Both the position numbers and the translations under genes were made by a program. 64,000 bases of DNA from an uncultured Actinomycetota bacterium. GTDB taxonomy: Bacteria > Actinomycetota > Actinomycetes > JAFAQI01. Where the stretch lies: NCBI GenBank assembly GCA_963770565.1, contig CAVYQE010000011.1, positions 128,001-192,000 on the forward strand, in the 5' to 3' direction. The notes under the pieces are model-generated. The model did no database searches, was not told where the DNA came from, and saw only the letters and a program-made list of their open reading frames with translations. This document shows, one piece after another, positions 58,342-64,000 of this stretch (the first letter of the stretch is position 1; every line of letters starts with the position of its first letter).

Positions 58342-59172
58342 TCACGCGGGGGCCCCTGCTGTGATCGCCGCGATGAAGTTCTCGATCTCGGTCGTGGTGT
58401 CGTCGAGGTTGTCCCACGGAACCATGTGCCCGCAGCCCGCCACCGACCGCACGGTGGCCCTTGGGTTGACGCGTCCCAGCGTCTCCGCGTCCGTTTCGGT
58501 CACCACCGGACTCTTGTCGCCGTACAGAAGGAGTGCAGGCGGCTCCACCTCGCTCCAGACCGGCTCGAATGCTTCGAGGTGGAACCATGAATAGCTCTCC
58601 ACGACCCCGACCTCGTCGCACGACCCCAGCCACTCGGCCCGCGATCGGATCTGCTCGTCGCTCCACGTCGGGTAGTGGTGCCGGGCCTGCTCTTCACCAT
58701 GGCCCATCCGAGCGCCCTGGATCCCCCCGACAAAGACATCCAGGGCGGTCGGATATGGCCGCCGGCCAGGGCCGGACATTGGCGGATCGATGGCGACGAC
58801 CCCCGACCCGCTGCCCGGAAACCGGGCCCGGGCGGCCGCCACGACGCGCGCGCCGAGCGAGTGCCCGATCAGCACCGCGCGCTCGAGTCCGGCCGTCTCG
58901 ACGAGGGCGAGGACATCGTTCGCGTAGTCGCCCGCGCGATGTGTACCCGGGCCGGAACGCTCGGACAGCCCGCGCCCTCTCATGTCGAGCACATAGACGT
59001 CGCCGACCACCGGCGAGTGGCTGAGCCGCTCGGCCGCGAAGGCGAACGCACCGGCCGGCGTCGTGATGCCTGGAACGACGACGACCGGTGGTCCGCCAGC
59101 GCTGCCCGGATGCCGGACCGCATGCATCCGCAGACCTGCGGAGGAGAAGAAGATGTGGTCCGTTGCGGTCAC
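58342..59172 (-). CDS. Alpha/beta hydrolase, N-formylmaleamate deformylase (NicD-like)
   Basis: PGITTPA, DMRGRGLS, GHSLGAR, DPPMSGPGRRPYP and GHMVPWD. GTG start at 59172. Confidence 0.8.
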   Translation of the reverse strand: MTATDHIFFSSAGLRMHAVRHPGSAGGPPVVVVPGITTPAGAFAFAAERLSHSPVVGDVYVLDMRGRGLSERSGPGTHRAGDYANDVLALVETAGLERAVLIGHSLGARVVAAARARFPGSGSGVVAIDPPMSGPGRRPYPTALDVFVGGIQGARMGHGEEQARHHYPTWSDEQIRSRAEWLGSCDEVGVVESYSWFHLEAFEPVWSEVEPPALLLYGDKSPVVTETDAETLGRVNPRATVRSVAGCGHMVPWDNLDDTTTEIENFIAAITAGAPA

Positions 59173-60656
59173 GAGGTCGCGGTCACTTCCGACATCGGCT
59201 CGACTCCCGCGCTCACCTGGTTCTTCATCAACATGGTGAGAATCACGTAGACGATGCCGCCTCCGAGCGCCGCCATCAGCCAGGAAAGGTCGACACCCTT
59301 GACCGAACTCTCCAGTGGACCGGTGAACAGCGTGGTGGTGGAGAACAGCAGGCCGAACCCGGCGCCGACCAGCCAGGCGATCGCCGCCGCGGGGTTGAGG
59401 CCGGCGGTGTACCAGTACCGGCCGCGTGCTCCCGGAATCGCGAACGCGTGCAGGTCGGTGGGCGCGTACTCGCCCTTGTTCATCACGTAGTGGATCCCGA
59501 CGATGACCAGCCACGGGGTTGCGCTGACCACCATGATCGTCACGAATGACTCGACGTTCGTGATGAAGTTCGACGCGACCACCAGCAGGTAGGTCAGGCC
59601 GAGGGCCAGAGCGCTCAGCGCCACCGCGATGTGCCAGCGCTGGAACCGGAGGAAGAACGGCCAGGAGCCGACGTCGAGGGCCGCGTTATAGACCGACATC
59701 GCCGCGCTCTGGATGTTGGACGCGAGACCGAGGACGAGCAACATCGGGAGGACGAACCAGCCCGGTGCCGCGGCCGTGATGCCACCGACGAAGTTGAACG
59801 CGTCGCCGGGGAACGAGGTCGCCGCAAACGCCGCCGCCAGCATCGCCAACCAGCATCCGAAGAAGATCCCGGCGAAGCCGTACGCGCCGACCACCTTCGA
59901 GGGGGCCTTTGACGGGATGTAGCGCGCATAGTCACCGACGAACGGGCCCCAGGAGATCGGCAACGAGGCCGCCGTCGTCGTCCCGAGGAACCAGGTCGGC
60001 CAGAAGGTGCCCAGCAGGTAGTCCTTGCCGTGGATGACATGGAACTTCGAGGCAAAGACGGCTACCAGGAGGATTCCGGCCAGGATCGCCACGCCGGTCA
60101 CGGCCCGGTCGCTTCGCTCCAGGGTCCGGTGGCCCAGGATGCCGGCGCCACAGGTCGCGAGGATGACCGCGAGCAACGCGATGGACAGCGCGCCGAGACC
60201 GGTTGACGTGCCCCACCAACGGTTGGCGGTGTAAATCAGTGACTGGGCCGCGGTGTAGACCAGGATCACGAAGAAGCCCATCGCGATGACCCAGGTGATG
60301 CCCGAGCCGATCAGTCGACCGCGTACGCCGAACGCGGCGCCACTCGTGACCTGAACGTTCGTTCCGGTCTTCGGGCACGCCGGGGTGACCGCCAGGAACA
60401 CCAGTGAGCCGACCACTGAGCCGACCGTGATCGCCCAGAACGCGGCCCACCAGCCGAGCCCGAACGCGATCGGCAGCGCGCCGAACAGCATGTTGCCGTA
60501 CCCGAACTGCGGGCCGAAGAACACCGTGAACAGCTCCCACGGTTTGGACTTGCGTTCGACCTCGGGGATCATGTCGATCCCCCGGGTTTCGATCGCGCCG
60601 AAGTCGTCGCGGGCCTGCCCTGCGGCTACGGCGGCGCCTGCCTCGAGATTGGTCAT
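59169..60656 (-). CDS. NCS1 purine/cytosine permease family transporter
   Basis: IETRGID.IP..ER, FGVRG and SWGPFVGDYARY. ATG at 60656 with RBS GGAGG. Confidence 0.88.
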   Translation of the reverse strand: MTNLEAGAAVAAGQARDDFGAIETRGIDMIPEVERKSKPWELFTVFFGPQFGYGNMLFGALPIAFGLGWWAAFWAITVGSVVGSLVFLAVTPACPKTGTNVQVTSGAAFGVRGRLIGSGITWVIAMGFFVILVYTAAQSLIYTANRWWGTSTGLGALSIALLAVILATCGAGILGHRTLERSDRAVTGVAILAGILLVAVFASKFHVIHGKDYLLGTFWPTWFLGTTTAASLPISWGPFVGDYARYIPSKAPSKVVGAYGFAGIFFGCWLAMLAAAFAATSFPGDAFNFVGGITAAAPGWFVLPMLLVLGLASNIQSAAMSVYNAALDVGSWPFFLRFQRWHIAVALSALALGLTYLLVVASNFITNVESFVTIMVVSATPWLVIVGIHYVMNKGEYAPTDLHAFAIPGARGRYWYTAGLNPAAAIAWLVGAGFGLLFSTTTLFTGPLESSVKGVDLSWLMAALGGGIVYVILTMLMKNQVSAGVEPMSEVTATS

Positions 60657-60723
60657 GTCCCCTCCAGGTTCACGAGCGGTGATGGAGCGATGTGGGTTTG
60701 TCGCTGTTGCTGGTGACCTTGCA

Positions 60724-61764
60724 TTAGCTGCGCGGGCGCATTTCTGCGACGACGATGTCGCCGCGATCGACGATCTGGCGATCGTCGAGGGACAGTGAAT
60801 AACCGTGCAATGGAATGTCGACGTGGCAGGGCGAGGCGTTCGTGCCGCCGAGCTCCTGGTTCGGCCCGGTGGCAAAGAGCACGTTGCCGTAGAAGGAGCG
60901 GCCCTCCTGGCCGATTCCGCGGGTGTCCATCATCGGCGCGGACCAGCGGGCCTTCTCGTTCAGACCCCAGCCGATGTGGGAGATCGCATAGCCGTCCGGG
61001 TCGTTGAACTGATCCATGTAGTCGCGCAGGAGGTCGGCGTCGAGCTCGCCGGAGAAGTCGACGATGCGACCCTTCTCCACCTGCAGCCGGATCGGCGTAC
61101 GGATGTGCGATTTGAACGGGTAGATGATCGTGCCCGGCGCGAGCACCATGGTCCCGTCCACGCCGTCGTCGTGCGCGCCGGTGAAGATGAACCCCGACGG
61201 CCAGTGGTCCCAGCGACCCGGCTCGTCGGTGTAGCCGTACTCGGTGATGGTCGGGTACTTCCCGAGTCGATAGACCAGGTCCGTGCCGTTCTCGTGCTGG
61301 ACCCGCAGGCTCTGCGCGGAGGCGAGCAGGTCGCCGGCGAACTCCACCCGCTCGCGGAGCTCGGTGGTCGGCAGCAACCGGGAGAGAACGTCGATCGGCT
61401 CGACGGCGAGCAGGATCCGGGTGCCCGAGGCCTGGATCTCCAGCTGTTCGGTCGAGAACAACATGAAGACCAGGTCGATGACGATGTCGGCTTCCTTCAG
61501 CGCCGCCATCGCCGCCGGATGGTCGGTGAGCGGGGTGGTCCCGACCGACCAGCCGCCGCCGCCGCTCTTGCCGCGGGTGGCCGGCACCCGGACGTGGTAC
61601 GGCGCGGCCCCGAGCTCCTTCGCGGCCTGCATGAAGGCACCGGCATGGCCCATCAGCTCATCCGGTGCGTCCGAGCTGAGGATCGCGACCGCTTCACCTT
61701 CGTGGACGCCGCACAGGCGCAGCTCCTCCCGGCACACGTTGACGAAGTCATAGTTCATGGTCAC
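60724..61764 (-). CDS. nicX: 2,5-dihydroxypyridine 5,6-dioxygenase (NicX-like)
   Basis: PGRWDHWPSG, ISHIGWGLN, GNVLFATGPN and CHVDIP (His/His/Asp iron ligands); clustered with NicD- and NicE-like genes. Confidence 0.8.
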   Translation of the reverse strand: MTMNYDFVNVCREELRLCGVHEGEAVAILSSDAPDELMGHAGAFMQAAKELGAAPYHVRVPATRGKSGGGGWSVGTTPLTDHPAAMAALKEADIVIDLVFMLFSTEQLEIQASGTRILLAVEPIDVLSRLLPTTELRERVEFAGDLLASAQSLRVQHENGTDLVYRLGKYPTITEYGYTDEPGRWDHWPSGFIFTGAHDDGVDGTMVLAPGTIIYPFKSHIRTPIRLQVEKGRIVDFSGELDADLLRDYMDQFNDPDGYAISHIGWGLNEKARWSAPMMDTRGIGQEGRSFYGNVLFATGPNQELGGTNASPCHVDIPLHGYSLSLDDRQIVDRGDIVVAEMRPRS

Positions 61765-61770
61765 TCCTTG

Positions 61771-63084
61771 TCACAGAGCCTGGTCGGTCAGCGCGGCCTC
61801 GAGCGAGGCAAGCGCACGGAGGAAGTACGGGTCGTCGATCCGCGTTCCGATCACCTGGACACCCACCGGGAGCCCATCGTCACGCCGAAAAGAGGGAAGG
61901 TTGGTCGCGGGTGCACCCAGCAGGGTCCAGGGTCGGCACATCACCGGGTCGCCGGTGAAGTCCAGACCGACCGGGGCGACACCGAGTGCACTCGGCGCCA
62001 GCAACACATCGGTTGTCGACGCGAGCGACGCCAGCACCTCGGCCGCGGCGGCGGTGGTGGCGAGCGCGTCGGAGTAGACCTCGGCCGGGCAGCCGTCGCC
62101 GCGCTTGACCACCGCACGCGCACTGTCCGATATCCGGTCGACGTCCGCGCCGAGCTGGGCCCGAAGGTTGAGCGCGACTTCGACCGCCATCATCGTGTTG
62201 TGAACGTCCGGGAGGTTCTCCCACCCGGCCGGCATAGCCAGTTCGCTGACCGCCCAACCCGCTCGGTCGAGCCGGTCGGCAACGTGTCGAATCGCGACCG
62301 CGACCTCGGGCTCACAACCCCCCCAAGCATCGGTCGCAAGGATGCCGACCCGAAGCGACGCCCGGTCCGAATGATCGATTGCCTGCTGGTCGGGCAGCTT
62401 CGAGCCGCGGATGCCGTAGTAGGTCAGTGCCAGGTCGGCTGCGGTCCGCGCAAAGATGCCCACCGTGTCGAATGACTCGGCGAGCAGCCAGATCCCGGCC
62501 GTCGATGTCCAGCCCCTGGTCGGCTTGAACCCATAGACGCCGCAGTAGGCGGCCGGCCGGACTACCGAGCCCGCGGTCTGTGTGCCGAACGCAACCGGCA
62601 CCATCCCGGCCGCGACCGCGGCGGCCGAGCCGCTCGACGAGCCGCCCGGTGTCCGGGTCAGGTCGAGCGGGTTGCGGGTGCGGGTCGGGTTGAACATCGC
62701 GAACTCGGTCGACTCGGTCTTGCCGAGTACGAGCGCCCCCGCCCGCCGGCAAGCGGACACCAGGTCGGAGTCGCTGGCCGGCTGGTGGTCGACGAACAGT
62801 GGCGAGCCGTATCCGGTCGGCAGGTCAGCGGTGTCGATGACGTCCTTCATCCCGACGAGCAGGCCGCCGAGCGGCTTCGCCTCACCCGCGTCGAGGTCGT
62901 CGGCCTGGCGGCGCACCGCGGCGGGGTCGATGATGCGGAAGGCGCCGATGTCGCCGTCCAGCTCCGCAACCGTCGCCAGCGCCTCGTCGGCCACCGCGCG
63001 GATGGTCAGCTCGCCCGCCGCGACCGCAGCAACGGCGGCGGTCCCCGTCATGGTCGGTGCGGGCGACACCGCGGGCTGAGTCAC
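61771..63084 (-). CDS. Amidase-signature family amidase
   Basis: GMKD, TPGGSSSGSAAAVAAG and GTQTAGSVVRPA. Confidence 0.88.
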   Translation of the reverse strand: MTQPAVSPAPTMTGTAAVAAVAAGELTIRAVADEALATVAELDGDIGAFRIIDPAAVRRQADDLDAGEAKPLGGLLVGMKDVIDTADLPTGYGSPLFVDHQPASDSDLVSACRRAGALVLGKTESTEFAMFNPTRTRNPLDLTRTPGGSSSGSAAAVAAGMVPVAFGTQTAGSVVRPAAYCGVYGFKPTRGWTSTAGIWLLAESFDTVGIFARTAADLALTYYGIRGSKLPDQQAIDHSDRASLRVGILATDAWGGCEPEVAVAIRHVADRLDRAGWAVSELAMPAGWENLPDVHNTMMAVEVALNLRAQLGADVDRISDSARAVVKRGDGCPAEVYSDALATTAAAAEVLASLASTTDVLLAPSALGVAPVGLDFTGDPVMCRPWTLLGAPATNLPSFRRDDGLPVGVQVIGTRIDDPYFLRALASLEAALTDQAL

Positions 63085-64000
63085 TGCCCTGGCCCCGATC
63101 CGTGATGACGCGACAGCCGTCCCAGGACGAGATCGATCGGGCTCTTGTCCGCGGCGCCGGCCGACCCGGCGCCAGCCGGCGCGGCGTCTACGGTGATGGG
63201 CCGGACCTGCAGCGCGAACAACGCAACCTCGTCCGGCTCGGTCCCGGTGCTGCCGATCGCCCACTCGATGTCGAGCCCGCGACCCAGCGCCGCCTCGAGA
63301 TCGGACGCCATCGAGAGCAGCGCGGCAATCTCGGCGTCGCTGATCGACCAGGCCTGCTGACGCTCGGGCTCCACCGGCCGGGTGTAGACCGACGCGCCAT
63401 CCTCGGCCAGCAGGTGTTCGACGACCTTGGTGCCGAGCCGCCGGTCGTGAACCTGACCGGTGATCTTGTTGAGCTCGAACAGGTCGGGGACCACCTCGCC
63501 GCCCACCACCGCCTCGCCGAGGCCATGGCTCGACTCGATGACGACGAGCGAGCGGTCGCCAGTGCGGGGGTGCTGCGTGAACATCACTCCGGACGCCCTG
63601 GCATGCACCAGCTCTTGAACGATGACGGCAACTGCGTGCTCATCGGCATCAGTGAGCCGGTCGCGGCGGTAGGAGTCCACGTGCGCGCTGGTCGCCGTGA
63701 TCCAGCACAGCTCGATCTGCTCGATCACGCTCTCGGTGCCGCGGGCGCCGAGATACGTGCGGAACTGACCGGCAAAGCTCGCGTCCCGGGAGTCCTCCGC
63801 GGTCGCGCTCGACCGCACCGCTACGGTGACCGTCGCCTGGCGTTCCGCGCAGAGCGCGTCGTACCCGTCCGCAAGTGCCTGGCGAACCTCATCGCGCAGG
63901 GTGCCGACGCGCCCGGCATCCGCGCCCGCGACGAAGTCGGCAAAGGCGTCGCACGTGACGACGAAGGACGCCGGCACCCGCTGACCGGCCCGCAGCAGCG
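63081..64000 (-). CDS. Stand-alone PEP synthase/PPDK nucleotide-binding domain protein (5' end outside the window)
   Basis: AVRSSATAED..ASFAGQ, VIVQELV, SGVMFT, GLGEAVVGG, DIEWA and LQVRPIT. The protein ends with no His-swivel domain. Confidence 0.85.
   Translation of the reverse strand, partial: LLRAGQRVPASFVVTCDAFADFVAGADAGRVGTLRDEVRQALADGYDALCAERQATVTVAVRSSATAEDSRDASFAGQFRTYLGARGTESVIEQIELCWITATSAHVDSYRRDRLTDADEHAVAVIVQELVHARASGVMFTQHPRTGDRSLVVIESSHGLGEAVVGGEVVPDLFELNKITGQVHDRRLGTKVVEHLLAEDGASVYTRPVEPERQQAWSISDAEIAALLSMASDLEAALGRGLDIEWAIGSTGTEPDEVALFALQVRPITVDAAPAGAGSAGAADKSPIDLVLGRLSRHHGSGPGQ

Overview
High-GC DNA with an actinobacterial gene complement and no rRNA, tRNA or CRISPR array. 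Main blocks: (1) hopanoid cluster hpnC-hpnD-hpnE-polyprenyl synthase-shc-[HpnG-like/IspH fusion]-hpnH, with a convergent SDR-hpnO pair; (2) a three-gene SipW-type fibre operon (pilin-like subunit, its paralogue carrying two inserted LamG domains, and a dedicated signal peptidase) beside an OmpR/histidine kinase pair; (3) a 58-aa secreted peptide ending KDDWCC, tail-to-tail with an XRE-HTH/TPR regulator and preceded by a perfect palindrome. This is the best candidate for an undescribed system: RRNPP-like peptide signalling in an actinobacterium; (4) cNMP-thioredoxin-reductase-like/UBP zinc finger, DksA-like and sdaA genes, secreted hydrolases and a patch of gene remnants; (5) a purine/allantoin catabolic operon containing a citrate-lyase/aldolase-fold gene of unknown function; (6) a maleamate-pathway (pyridine ring) cluster with a split PEP-synthase-like subunit running off the window end. 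A roughly 85-bp triple-palindrome element occurs twice. All family calls come from motif recognition by eye, not database searches.
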